Below are positions 9,804 through 18,770 of a DNA stretch of 41,062 nucleotides, one piece after another (the first letter of the stretch is position 1; every line of letters starts with the position of its first letter). Made by a program: the position numbers and the translations under genes. The stretch comes from a virus (Duplodnaviria > Caudoviricetes). The stretch spans positions 1 through 41,062 of IMG/VR virus record IMGVR_UViG_3300014613_000012. One strand, given 5' to 3'. The notes under the pieces were generated by a model, which was given only the letters and a program-made list of their open reading frames with translations, was not told where the DNA came from and searched no databases.

Positions 9804-9944
9804 CTATTTACACGCCCCCTTCTTGCCGCCTGTTTTTTTGCCTCCGATTTTCACACCGCCTTTTTTCGGTCCTTGTCCTTTTCCTTGTCCACGTCCGTCT
9901 CTCGGTCCTTGTCCCTTCGGTCCTTTCCCGTCTTTGTTTGGCAT
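9804..9944 (-). CDS. 46-aa Gly/Lys-rich protein, DUF5320-like
   Basis: Not in the track. MPNKDGKGPKGQGPRDGRGQGKG...KKGACK with an AGGGGG RBS; resembles the MP..DG.GP.G.GP..GRG.G pattern. Confidence 0.65.
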   Translation of the reverse strand: MPNKDGKGPKGQGPRDGRGQGKGQGPKKGGVKIGGKKTGGKKGACK

Positions 9945-9995
9945 ATCGCCCCCTTAATATATTATTCGGCCAATCTTATTCATATATCCCCCAAG

Positions 9996-10280
9996 TCATC
10001 GAAGAACGATATACGCTTTTTTAATCTTATCGTTGTCGTCCGGTATCATTGTGCCATTTTCAGCACTAACATACAATACCGGATCTGCAGGATTCCCGTT
10101 GTCATAGTACACTCTTCTTGCGTCATTCACAATAGCATGCAAATCATCAAGCGTCATGTCAATATCTTTGTAAAACTCGCAATAATATCTGTATATAGTT
10201 TCCCCCACACACATCCCGCACCCATCCCCGGAAAGAGATATTACATATCTCATTAGTCTGGTAACATCATCATTGCTCAT
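9996..10280 (-). CDS. Hypothetical protein
   Basis: 94 aa, GGGGGA RBS. Confidence 0.6.
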   Translation of the reverse strand: MSNDDVTRLMRYVISLSGDGCGMCVGETIYRYYCEFYKDIDMTLDDLHAIVNDARRVYYDNGNPADPVLYVSAENGTMIPDDNDKIKKAYIVLR

Positions 10281-10337
10281 ATATCCCCCATGTCCTCTCC
10301 GGCAGGAGCATCTTACGCGCTATCATCAAGTAATTTT

Positions 10338-10511
10338 TTATTCAATCGCATCGTTCGGGCATATCTCACGGCATACTCCGCACTCACAGCATAGCTCGGT
10401 ATTTATAACGGCTACGCCATATCCTGCGCCTTCGCTCTTGATCTCTATCGCTCCAGCTGGACATACATCGATACACTGGCCGCAGCTTATACAGTCATCT
10501 GTGACTATCAT
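10338..10511 (-). CDS. 2x[4Fe-4S] bacterial-type ferredoxin (57 aa)
   Basis: Not in the track. MIVTDDCISCGQCIDVCPAGAI...LCCECGVCREICPNDAIE has two CxxCxxCxxxCP motifs; ATGA overlap with the TerL stop. Confidence 0.92.
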   Translation of the reverse strand: MIVTDDCISCGQCIDVCPAGAIEIKSEGAGYGVAVINTELCCECGVCREICPNDAIE

Positions 10512-11797
10512 ATATCCCCCATATCATCGAAGAACGATTCCCCCACAGTCTCGCGTCCTTCCATGCTACCGAACGCATCCACCCATCCGAGTGTTCCCTT
10601 AAAAGAGTAATACGCTAACGCAAGAGCTATCACACAGTCGTCATGCCTTCCGGCAGGCGCAGTATATCGCACCATACCAGACGGACTAATCTCGTACTGG
10701 AAACGCTTCAGCTCGTCTATCAATTCAGGTATGTTCGGAAAGCTGATCTCCTGCCGCTCTATCGCTATCGCCAGGGCCTCAATCAACTGCCGCTTGCTCA
10801 CGTTCGTAAACTTGTATCCGCTTATCTTCAAGCCACTTTTCTGAAGATCCTCGAATATCGGATCGCCTACGCCAGTAGAGTCCATCCATACCGCGGCATT
10901 GTACGCGCTGAAAAAGTCGAATATCCGCGCTTTCTGGACGCTCCATGCGATCTGATTGAATCGCTCGAAGCCGCATAGATGGCCGTTGCCGTCTAGTGTA
11001 ATGGACACCGTGTAGTCTGTTGTTTTGGCAACGTCACATCCTCCGTAATATCGTTTGTGCTCGTTAGCTTTTTGAAGCTCTCCACGGATGCAATCGTTGA
11101 TTCCCCGAAATACGCCACTACCTTCATCCAGAAATTCAGCGAAGATTTCTTGTCTAACGGCAATTTCCGGCAATTGCGATACAAGAGAATCAACAAACGA
11201 TTTCGGGATGAATCCGCCAGCCTCAATAGTATTATCGTAAGTCGAAGCAGTAAAAGACGCATAGCCATCCTCCCCGTTGACTCCCTTGCGATACAAGTCG
11301 TAATACAACCCCATGCCTTTCGGAGTGCCCGTGAACAAGATATCCGGATTGTAGTCCATACATGCCGGCGCAATAGTGTTAAACCATACGCTTTCATTCG
11401 CCAGCGTGATACCGCACTCGTCGATCACCAAGCTCTTGAATCCGAATCCCTCCATGAGCTGCGGCCTGTCGGTAGAAAAGAACTGTATACGGTGATGTTT
11501 GTCGAATAAGTCTATATATAGATCGCCAAGATTGTATGTGTGATATATGCCCTGAGATTTATAGAAACGGAGTGCTTTTACAAAGCCAAGTCTAGCCTGC
11601 CGGAACGATGGAGCAAGCCATGCGTGCAGATAGTCCGGAGTCGTTGGAATAGTGGCGATTCTGGTGTACTGCCACCGTACACCAAACTCGCCCTTTCCAA
11701 ATCGACGGCCTGCAGGAAACACGATATACTTAGACTTGCATCTAAATACCTCGTATTGCTTGTCATTCAGCCTCAGTTCCGTTTGTAGTTTTGGCAT
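10508..11797 (-). CDS. terL: Terminase large subunit
   Basis: Walker A AGRRFGKG, Walker B LVIDE, GTPKG, and nuclease motifs GCDVA and HDDCVIALA. Confidence 0.95.
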   Translation of the reverse strand: MPKLQTELRLNDKQYEVFRCKSKYIVFPAGRRFGKGEFGVRWQYTRIATIPTTPDYLHAWLAPSFRQARLGFVKALRFYKSQGIYHTYNLGDLYIDLFDKHHRIQFFSTDRPQLMEGFGFKSLVIDECGITLANESVWFNTIAPACMDYNPDILFTGTPKGMGLYYDLYRKGVNGEDGYASFTASTYDNTIEAGGFIPKSFVDSLVSQLPEIAVRQEIFAEFLDEGSGVFRGINDCIRGELQKANEHKRYYGGCDVAKTTDYTVSITLDGNGHLCGFERFNQIAWSVQKARIFDFFSAYNAAVWMDSTGVGDPIFEDLQKSGLKISGYKFTNVSKRQLIEALAIAIERQEISFPNIPELIDELKRFQYEISPSGMVRYTAPAGRHDDCVIALALAYYSFKGTLGWVDAFGSMEGRETVGESFFDDMGDI

Positions 11798-12074
11798 CTT
11801 TTACAACTATTGTTATTTCCATCGGCTCGTCAGCATCTGACGATAGCTGCACGCTCTCCGCAGGCTTCCCGTCAACTCTATCTACTAGATACTTCATCAT
11901 AGTAGCGTCCGGCTGCATCGCAAATTCGTACATCTTCTCGATCAACTTGTCATAACGAGTCTTGCCCGGCTCTTTTGTTTCCTGTGCAAGATACTCTTTT
12001 AACAAGTCCGTGAACGTCTGCCCCTTCTTCGGCCTACCGTTTGGATTCCCGCTCTGTCCTGGCTTAAATGGCAT
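11763..12074 (-). CDS. terS: Terminase small subunit (DUF5681-type)
   Basis: FKPGQSGNPNGRPK N-terminus and DRVDGKP; directly upstream of TerL. Confidence 0.85.
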   Translation of the reverse strand: MPFKPGQSGNPNGRPKKGQTFTDLLKEYLAQETKEPGKTRYDKLIEKMYEFAMQPDATMMKYLVDRVDGKPAESVQLSSDADEPMEITIVVKDAKTTNGTEAE

Positions 12075-12100
12075 AATTGTTTATATACTGTTTAACAATA

Positions 12101-12286
12101 TCACTTTTTGGCACGCTTTTTGAGTATCGCCGCAGCTTCTTTCATGCCGTCTTTAGTTATAAGCCATTTACCAGCGACATAATCAGCATCGATATCGTTG
12201 TTTTCTGCAAGTCGGCGCATAGTGTAGCGTGACACTCCGAGCTTTTCCCCTGCTTCTACTGTCGTAAATACTTTCGTAAGCCTCAT
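12101..12286 (-). CDS. Excisionase-like HTH DNA-binding protein
   Basis: FTTVEAGEKLGVSRYTMRR...GKWLI (HTH_17/MerR-like). Confidence 0.8.
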   Translation of the reverse strand: MRLTKVFTTVEAGEKLGVSRYTMRRLAENNDIDADYVAGKWLITKDGMKEAAAILKKRAKK

Positions 12287-13590
12287 TTCGCTGCCTCCTT
12301 CTCCAGGCTATCGCAGAATTTTGCGATGTAGTTGATGCTCTCCTGAAATTTCGTCGGATTGTTATCAAGTACCCTCTGCATGTAGTCGATAGCCTTCCGG
12401 TAGTCGCGCTTGTATTTGGCCTCGATCAGGCTTTTGAAGTAATAACACTCTTCGAAGTCGTTGCGCTCTGTTAATATCTGATCGAACCATCGCTCTGACA
12501 TTTTGATGTTATTGCCGAAATAGCCAACTTTATCCGGAGTATTCTCGTCCCACTGGAAATACAGCTTTGCGAGCTGGCTCTTGATCTTCAAGCTGTTCGG
12601 GCATGCTTCCAAGCCTCTTTCCAGCACGCTCCGTCCAAGTTTGAACTCCTTCAAGTTAACCTTGTCCATGCTCCAGAATACCCAACAGTCAGGAAACGCC
12701 GGATACATCTCAAGAGCCTCTTCGTGCTTCTTCTCATAAAACAACTTGATAGCCTTCTGCTGCCGCTCCATGATGTCGATGATCTCTAGATAGTTTTCAC
12801 GCTCGATCTCGTCGGACTTCTCGCACTTCTGCAATAGCACCGTGTAGCCATACATCAGCGTGTCAAGTTTAACGATCTTAAATCCGGTGCGCTTCAACAA
12901 GTTATTAAAAGACTTCTCCGAGAATACGTTAATGTGATTCAGATGATAGTGATGCTCGAAGCTCTCCACCATCTGCAAGCTCGTCTCATCAAGCACATCG
13001 AACCATATCGGCACGCTGAGATAAATATACCCATCATCCGTGAGCAAGTCACGCATTTTTTCAAGCTCCAGCTCCGGAGCCTGCATGTGCTCAAGTACAT
13101 GATAGCAGCTTATAAGATCATATTTCTTCGGCCATTCAGGCTGTATTTCATAATCAACATTCAGCCCGTAATAGTGCTTTGCGAACGACACCAGGGCCCT
13201 GCCCCATTCTGTACCGTACAGATTATCTGTCGGAACTCCATAACGCTGAAAACAGTCCTCAAGCCATCCGCCCTGGGCACATCCTATATCTAGTATAGTC
13301 ATATCTGGATTAACGACGTCTTTCAGAAACTGATGATGATAGCAGTTTTTCCGATTGCTCGTTATGACGTTGTTGAAGCTGACTACATTCCGATCTGTCG
13401 TGTAGTGGTCCTTTAGTGCTCCTTCTGGCCTGTACTGGTAGTTAACATAGCCGCAATACTGGCAGATGCGAAAGCCGATAATTGCGTCAACGTCGATGTA
13501 TTCACGATCAAGCCAATATTCAAGATCACGCATTTTATCAAGATCGTGCCAGTTTTCACTTCCGCAAATCGAGCATTTTTCCATTTTCAT
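12283..13590 (-). CDS. Class I SAM methyltransferase with N-terminal Zn-binding region and C-terminal TPR-like region
   Basis: CSICGS/CQYCG, ILDIGCAQG, YDLI..YHVLEH, helical C-terminus; type common in glycan loci. Confidence 0.85.
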   Translation of the reverse strand: MKMEKCSICGSENWHDLDKMRDLEYWLDREYIDVDAIIGFRICQYCGYVNYQYRPEGALKDHYTTDRNVVSFNNVITSNRKNCYHHQFLKDVVNPDMTILDIGCAQGGWLEDCFQRYGVPTDNLYGTEWGRALVSFAKHYYGLNVDYEIQPEWPKKYDLISCYHVLEHMQAPELELEKMRDLLTDDGYIYLSVPIWFDVLDETSLQMVESFEHHYHLNHINVFSEKSFNNLLKRTGFKIVKLDTLMYGYTVLLQKCEKSDEIERENYLEIIDIMERQQKAIKLFYEKKHEEALEMYPAFPDCWVFWSMDKVNLKEFKLGRSVLERGLEACPNSLKIKSQLAKLYFQWDENTPDKVGYFGNNIKMSERWFDQILTERNDFEECYYFKSLIEAKYKRDYRKAIDYMQRVLDNNPTKFQESINYIAKFCDSLEKEAAK

Positions 13591-14291
13591 TTCCCCAGTA
13601 TTATTTTCAATTCATCGACAGAAAGCATGTGATTCTGATCCGTTTCCGTTTTCCCGTCAATCGTACATTCGAACATAAAGTGTTTCACGCCTATCGCCTT
13701 GAAAGCCTCGTAAGTGTCCGCGATGTAGTCCTTGACTCCCACGCTGTGCGAGCAGTCCACCACAAGCCGATCAAATATCTCTGGCCGCGAGTGCTTGATG
13801 CGGATACATCCCTTCAAGTCTGGACTCCAGCGGCTCCACATCTGCCTGTCAATATCAGATATGCCGCGCTCTACTATGTACACATCCAAGCAATGAACTG
13901 ACTTCGCAATGTCATAAATCCCGCACAGCTCGTCAACAGTCATGCTAGAGCCTCGCTTGATCAGTAGCGGCCTCGCGTACCCGCTGATATCGCTCAGTAG
14001 CCCATAGTTTTGAGAATTGCGTGCGCCAATCCACAAATACGATAGCTCTTTACAATAATAGAATTGATTAGAAGTTTGTATCTCCGTACCTGTAGGAAGT
14101 ATCGCATTGCAGTCATGTAGTGTGTTAAGTCCTTCAACTCCTACGCCAGGATTGTAGCGATCAAGCATCGTACCACCGCCGTATATTTTACAGCGGAACT
14201 TATCGGCCACACCAACAAGAGCCTTCGCAGTCTCTAGTATCGAGTCGTGCTGCTTCGAGTGTGTATATAGGCAGGGCCCTGCGTAAATCAT
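13587..14291 (-). CDS. DAHP synthase I-beta / KDO8P synthase family PEP-utilising aldolase (divergent)
   Basis: AGPC, IGARNSQN, LIKRG, ERG, VDCSHS. Start more likely the ATG at 14291 (MIYAGPC). The KPRT/KANRS motif is absent. Confidence 0.8.
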   Translation of the reverse strand: MIYAGPCLYTHSKQHDSILETAKALVGVADKFRCKIYGGGTMLDRYNPGVGVEGLNTLHDCNAILPTGTEIQTSNQFYYCKELSYLWIGARNSQNYGLLSDISGYARPLLIKRGSSMTVDELCGIYDIAKSVHCLDVYIVERGISDIDRQMWSRWSPDLKGCIRIKHSRPEIFDRLVVDCSHSVGVKDYIADTYEAFKAIGVKHFMFECTIDGKTETDQNHMLSVDELKIILGK

Positions 14292-14452
14292 ATCTCTATC
14301 CTCTCCCCGCACTTCTCGCAAATGATCTTTATCGGAACGTTTGTGTCATCAGGGCTGAAGTTGTTTGACGATATAACTAGAGCCATCGGCCCTATATCGC
14401 TGATATCGTTATACGTTCCGCATTTCGTGCATTTAACAACATCGACAGACAT
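14288..14452 (-). CDS. 54-aa zinc-ribbon protein
   Basis: Not in the track. MSVDVVKCTKCG...ICEKCGERIEI, translationally coupled at both ends. Confidence 0.7.
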   Translation of the reverse strand: MSVDVVKCTKCGTYNDISDIGPMALVISSNNFSPDDTNVPIKIICEKCGERIEI

Positions 14453-14721
14453 TAGTAATACATCCTTTTATGCTGTGAGAATAGCCAAGCATGGAAATCC
14501 GCGGTGTCCTTTTTCTTGATGAATCCGCGCCGCTGCATCTCGGCCCAAATCTTAGTTTGTTTTCGTTCCAAGTCAAGTATATTTACCCACGGTATCTTGT
14601 CGGACTTAAATGATATCTCCTTGTACAGATCAGCCGCTAGACGTTTCAGGGCCCCGTTGGACATTACTCCAAGCTGGAGCGCGAATGCCTCTTGACTGAT
14701 TGTATACAAGTTTTGTGCCAT
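14452..14721 (-). CDS. Hypothetical protein
   Basis: 89 aa, TAATG-coupled within the sugar cluster. Confidence 0.65.
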   Translation of the reverse strand: MAQNLYTISQEAFALQLGVMSNGALKRLAADLYKEISFKSDKIPWVNILDLERKQTKIWAEMQRRGFIKKKDTADFHAWLFSQHKRMYY

Positions 14722-15722
14722 TACATATTATAATAATACGACTTATGCCAATTCCAGTATTCTGATATCGCCTCGATAAGCGGCGTGACAGATATCTCCC
14801 TGCCAGTGTATTCCTCTATTTTGGTATTGTCGGATACTAGACCAATAACATCGCCATCCTGCATTTCTGCATTTACGGTAATTGCTTTTTTCCCTATAAC
14901 GCTCTCTATTGTCTCGACAAATTCAGTAAGCCATATTTTCCGCGATGATCCTATATTGTAAACTTCGCTTCTTGTTGAGATGTCTTTTGAATATACATCG
15001 ATAAAACTCTTAAAGACATCAATAAGATCATAAATATATGTGAAGTCACGAAACATCATACCATTATTGTTTATTGTTATTTGCTCACCGTTATATATAG
15101 CATCACAAAAATGATGCAGTGCCATATCAGGACGACCAAACGGACCAAATGCCGTGAAGAATCGTAGTCCAGCCGATGACATATTATACATATTGCCATA
15201 TACATTAGCGCACAATTCGTCGAACTTCTTCGTTGCTGCATATAGACTTACAGGAGTATCCGTCCTGTCTGTTTCTGATGATAAACTGTTTTGTGTAGCT
15301 CCATATACTGACGAGCTACTGGCATATATAATTTTTTTAATGCCGAACTCGCGGCACATTTCCAGAATGTTTACGAATCCAGTTACGTTTGAATCTATAT
15401 AAGCATCCTGATTTATCTTTGAGTATCTCACGCCAGCCTGCGCTGCGAGGTGTATCACCATGTCTATATTATTCCAAGCAAATATTTTTTCAAGACCAGT
15501 CCTGCTTTCTATCGATTCCTTATAAAACTTAACATTATAATCATTAACATCATACAGACCAGTAGAAATATCAAATCCTATTTTTTGGAGTCTCGCATTC
15601 TTAATTCTTACATCATAATAATCGTTTAGATTGTCAATACACACAACACTATTGTCCCTTTTGAGAGCTTCCACCAAATGGAAACCGATAAATCCTGCTG
15701 CTCCAGTTATTAGTATGTTCAT
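14721..15722 (-). CDS. NAD-dependent nucleotide-sugar epimerase (UDP-glucuronate 4-epimerase-like)
   Basis: ITGAAGFIG, HLAAQAGVRYS, YASSSSVYG, YAATKK, GRPDMA, RDFTYI. Confidence 0.93.
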   Translation of the reverse strand: MNILITGAAGFIGFHLVEALKRDNSVVCIDNLNDYYDVRIKNARLQKIGFDISTGLYDVNDYNVKFYKESIESRTGLEKIFAWNNIDMVIHLAAQAGVRYSKINQDAYIDSNVTGFVNILEMCREFGIKKIIYASSSSVYGATQNSLSSETDRTDTPVSLYAATKKFDELCANVYGNMYNMSSAGLRFFTAFGPFGRPDMALHHFCDAIYNGEQITINNNGMMFRDFTYIYDLIDVFKSFIDVYSKDISTRSEVYNIGSSRKIWLTEFVETIESVIGKKAITVNAEMQDGDVIGLVSDNTKIEEYTGREISVTPLIEAISEYWNWHKSYYYNM

Positions 15723-17050
15723 GTTTTCACCGCGCCACTATTGCAAGGATGATCTGATTGCGCCGTCTTTTGGCTGTCATGATGCCTGTATTTCCACAAA
15801 GGCTTTTCAACAAACGCCACTTTGTAATTCTTGCGGAACGACTCCCAGAACGGAGGACCGTCAAGATATTTCACATCTTCCTTGTATCCGATCTCGTTTA
15901 CGCACCATTTGGATATCAAGCAAGACGCCGGATGCCATCTATTTTCTAGCACTTCGCCGGTGGCCTTCATGTCCTCGTCAGCGTCATAATATCCAGATAA
16001 TACCGCCTGCGCGTTCTCTATGTCAAGCGTCTCTATCATAGTTTCGACTGCTTCCGGTAGAAGCACATCGTCGCTGTCAAGACGCATAATATATCTACCG
16101 CGTGCGTGCTTCAGTGCTCTATTGCTAGACGCCGACAGACCGATATTCCTGTCGTTTCTCAGCACTTTTACACGCTTCCTCGTCGGCTCCGGTAGAGTAG
16201 TGTACCACTCCATTATCACGTTCATAGAGTCGTCAGTCGATTTGTCGTCTATGACTATGTATTCGATATCCCCGAACGTCTGCGCTATCACGCTATCTAT
16301 GCACTCTCGGATGTACTTACTTGTATTGTAATTGCAAGTGTATATTGTCACCTGCGGAAGATGATTGATCTGCAGAAAGTACTTGTGATTCTTCAGAAAG
16401 TTAACAATATCAAGCGTGCCGATTGGCTCCGACAGCGAGACGTGAAGCAGGCGCAGAAGAGTCAAGTCCTCCTCGTAATCCATCGTCAGGCGGTAGCTGA
16501 ACTTGTATTCATACGGCGGGAAATACTCTTTGTAAATGAATTTATCGTTTTTCAGGTAATAGCTTACAAACTCTACCGGCGTAGAGCCAACTTTCTCAAT
16601 CACCTTTTTTAAGGCAGATACTTTTATCACTTCGCCTGCGATGCCTTCAGGACACTGCTTCATATAAGTGTAATCGAGCCCGCCGCGGATATGGAACTTG
16701 ATCTGATTCCGCATCAACGTCTGATCGATCAGGATGTCGTCGGCTGTGATCCTGACGACGTGCTGGAAGTCGTTGTCTACAGCGCAGTGATACAAGCGAT
16801 GCAGCGGACTGTCATCATAGCCGCGGTACACATCGACGCCCTTGTCAATGGCGATCTGCTCCAGGATGTCGTTTTCCTTGCTTTCAGGTATGGCCAAGAT
16901 GACTTGATATTTGTTGTCGTCCGCGATGACGTGATCAAGCAGGATCTCGATTGCATACCGATTCTTGATCCTGGCGAGCACCTTTTCGGGAAGTCGCGTT
17001 GACTTCACCCGCGCCGTAACGATAATTCCGCATCTGTCCATCATGCCCAT
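15719..17050 (-). CDS. SpsF-like cytidylyltransferase fused to a GT2 glycosyltransferase
   Basis: N-terminal ARVKSTRLPEKVL, VVRITAD, RLTMDYEED; C-terminal YN..KYI..CIDSV..QT, IDDKSTD, RLDSDD. Confidence 0.9.
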   Translation of the reverse strand: MGMMDRCGIIVTARVKSTRLPEKVLARIKNRYAIEILLDHVIADDNKYQVILAIPESKENDILEQIAIDKGVDVYRGYDDSPLHRLYHCAVDNDFQHVVRITADDILIDQTLMRNQIKFHIRGGLDYTYMKQCPEGIAGEVIKVSALKKVIEKVGSTPVEFVSYYLKNDKFIYKEYFPPYEYKFSYRLTMDYEEDLTLLRLLHVSLSEPIGTLDIVNFLKNHKYFLQINHLPQVTIYTCNYNTSKYIRECIDSVIAQTFGDIEYIVIDDKSTDDSMNVIMEWYTTLPEPTRKRVKVLRNDRNIGLSASSNRALKHARGRYIMRLDSDDVLLPEAVETMIETLDIENAQAVLSGYYDADEDMKATGEVLENRWHPASCLISKWCVNEIGYKEDVKYLDGPPFWESFRKNYKVAFVEKPLWKYRHHDSQKTAQSDHPCNSGAVKT

Positions 17051-17922
17051 ATATCCGCGCTAGTGCAATTTCGGCAAGTCTCCGGCATGTCGATGTCATA
17101 TATACGCCTGAGCTCATGCCGTTTCCCCCACGACACATAGCCTTTAATGCCGATCTGGATGTCCTCAGGCTCGTTATAACATACGCAGCAAGGATATACT
17201 TTCCCGTTGGCTAGATGCGTCACGCGACGATTCATGTGCGGACACATCTTTTTCCGCTTCCTGCGCTTCGGAGTATTCGAAATGTCAGAGCCTTCGCGCC
17301 GCTCGGTATATCGTTCAACAATCTTGAACTCAGGATAATGCTTTTTGAAAACAGCAAAATCATCATCCCAATTCAATGCGTTCTTGTGGAAATTGAGACG
17401 GACCCGCGCTTTCAGCTTGTTAAATCGTTTCAACTGATGCAGGTATGCGATATTTGACCGCATGCGATAGAACTGATCCGGAGTAGATCCGTGAAGCCTC
17501 TGGTATGTCCCAACGTCTGACGCATCCACGCTGACAATAATCGTGTCAATACCGGCGTCTAGTATCTCGTCAAGAAGCTGCGGGACCATCGTCAGATTAG
17601 TGTTTATCATTACGTCAATATAGCCAAGCTGTTTAGCCAGCTTGATCGCCGGAATAAGAGTTACCGCAAGCGCAGGCTCGCCGCGAAGATTGAATTTCAC
17701 GGATTTGGCAGTCTTAGAGAAATACCATAGAATGCGCTCTACATCTTCCCACGGCATTTGAGCGATCTCGAACTTGCGCTCTTCCGGCTTACTGTGCCAG
17801 CAAGATACACACGCCTGATTGCAGTTATTGTTTAGCTCGATGTCAATATGTATCGGGAGATCGTACCGGAGGAATCCGCGAAACCACCACTGAAGGCGGT
17901 AGATGTAATATTTATAATCCAT
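17041..17922 (-). CDS. Radical SAM / SPASM(twitch) protein
   Basis: CNQACVSC, RGEP, NTN, and C-terminal C...G.VYPCC...CRNC. Confidence 0.9.
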   Translation of the reverse strand: MDYKYYIYRLQWWFRGFLRYDLPIHIDIELNNNCNQACVSCWHSKPEERKFEIAQMPWEDVERILWYFSKTAKSVKFNLRGEPALAVTLIPAIKLAKQLGYIDVMINTNLTMVPQLLDEILDAGIDTIIVSVDASDVGTYQRLHGSTPDQFYRMRSNIAYLHQLKRFNKLKARVRLNFHKNALNWDDDFAVFKKHYPEFKIVERYTERREGSDISNTPKRRKRKKMCPHMNRRVTHLANGKVYPCCVCYNEPEDIQIGIKGYVSWGKRHELRRIYDIDMPETCRNCTSADIWA

Positions 17923-17970
17923 ATTCTCAGTTGATAGCTACACAAACATTATGTATTGTTTTTTGTCAAC

Positions 17971-17999
17971 AAAAAAAACGCCCCCATCGCTGGAGGCGC
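17971..17999 (-). terminator. Rho-independent terminator ending the early/middle region
   Basis: Minus strand GCGCCTCCA-gcga-TGGGGGCG followed by T8. Confidence 0.75.
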
Positions 18000-18023
18000 A
18001 AATACCAATACCCTTTTAGGAGG

Positions 18024-18353
18024 TTACATAGCAATTGAATAAAACTCGCGGCGAAGATAGTCCTGATCGTCATCGTCGCGCAGCTTCTCGTAATACTCGT
18101 CCGTGATCTCATCTCGGTGATGCGCGATGATGCTGTCTTTTATCGTCTCGTCCAGATCGAGCTTTTCCGTATAGTCATACAGCCTATCTCCTTCCACATA
18201 TCGGTAGTGTACTTCCCCGTATGCGTCAATATCGATGAACTCGATCTTTTTGCCTTCCCATGTGAAACGCGCTTCGATGAAGAATTTGACGCCGGCCACC
18301 TGTCCTACTTCCTGCTTACAAATCTCGATGTTTCCAACTCTGTTTATAGTCAT
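18024..18353 (-). CDS. Acidic hypothetical protein
   Basis: 109 aa, ACAAAGGAGAA RBS. Confidence 0.7.
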   Translation of the reverse strand: MTINRVGNIEICKQEVGQVAGVKFFIEARFTWEGKKIEFIDIDAYGEVHYRYVEGDRLYDYTEKLDLDETIKDSIIAHHRDEITDEYYEKLRDDDDQDYLRREFYSIAM

Positions 18354-18408
18354 CTTAATTCTCCTTTGTCTTGTATTTCAGAGGGGCTCTCGCCCCTCTC
18401 CGCTTTTC

Positions 18409-18591
18409 TTAATAACTGATCGTCATCCCGCCTGGCTGTCCCATCCATATTTCTGGGATAGTTCCACATTCCACAATCCGAGGATCGGTAAAAACTTTCG
18501 CCAAACGCTTCGCCTTTTTAAGCGTATCAGCATAGCCGGCGACCTCGAAACTCTTGTTGTGCTTGTTGAAGTAAGTTACAGTGTAAATCAT
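18409..18591 (-). CDS. Small hypothetical protein
   Basis: Start at 18591 (MIYTVTYF) after ACAAAGGAGAA. Confidence 0.65.
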   Translation of the reverse strand: MIYTVTYFNKHNKSFEVAGYADTLKKAKRLAKVFTDPRIVECGTIPEIWMGQPGGMTISY

Positions 18592-18608
18592 CGCGTTCTC
18601 CTTTGTTA

Positions 18609-18770
18609 CTATTTGATTATCTCTGTTTTGACGCCATCGATCACGCAAAAGTAATATCCGACTGCATCCAAATTGTATTCAGCTATTTTCCTAGCCATGT
18701 TCGACAGATCGCTCAAATTCTTTTTTTGCTTCGCGTCTTTTCTGCTCTTCTCAACTTGCTTTGTAGTCAT
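18609..18770 (-). CDS. 53-aa hypothetical protein
   Basis: Not in the track. MTTKQVEKSRK...KTEIIK after ACAAAGGAGAA. Confidence 0.6.
   Translation of the reverse strand: MTTKQVEKSRKDAKQKKNLSDLSNMARKIAEYNLDAVGYYFCVIDGVKTEIIK

Noticed and set aside
9855-9930. Short tandem ccttgtcc repeats as a non-coding repeat element
   Set aside because: Explained by the GQG/GKG/GP coding repeats of the 46-aa ORF
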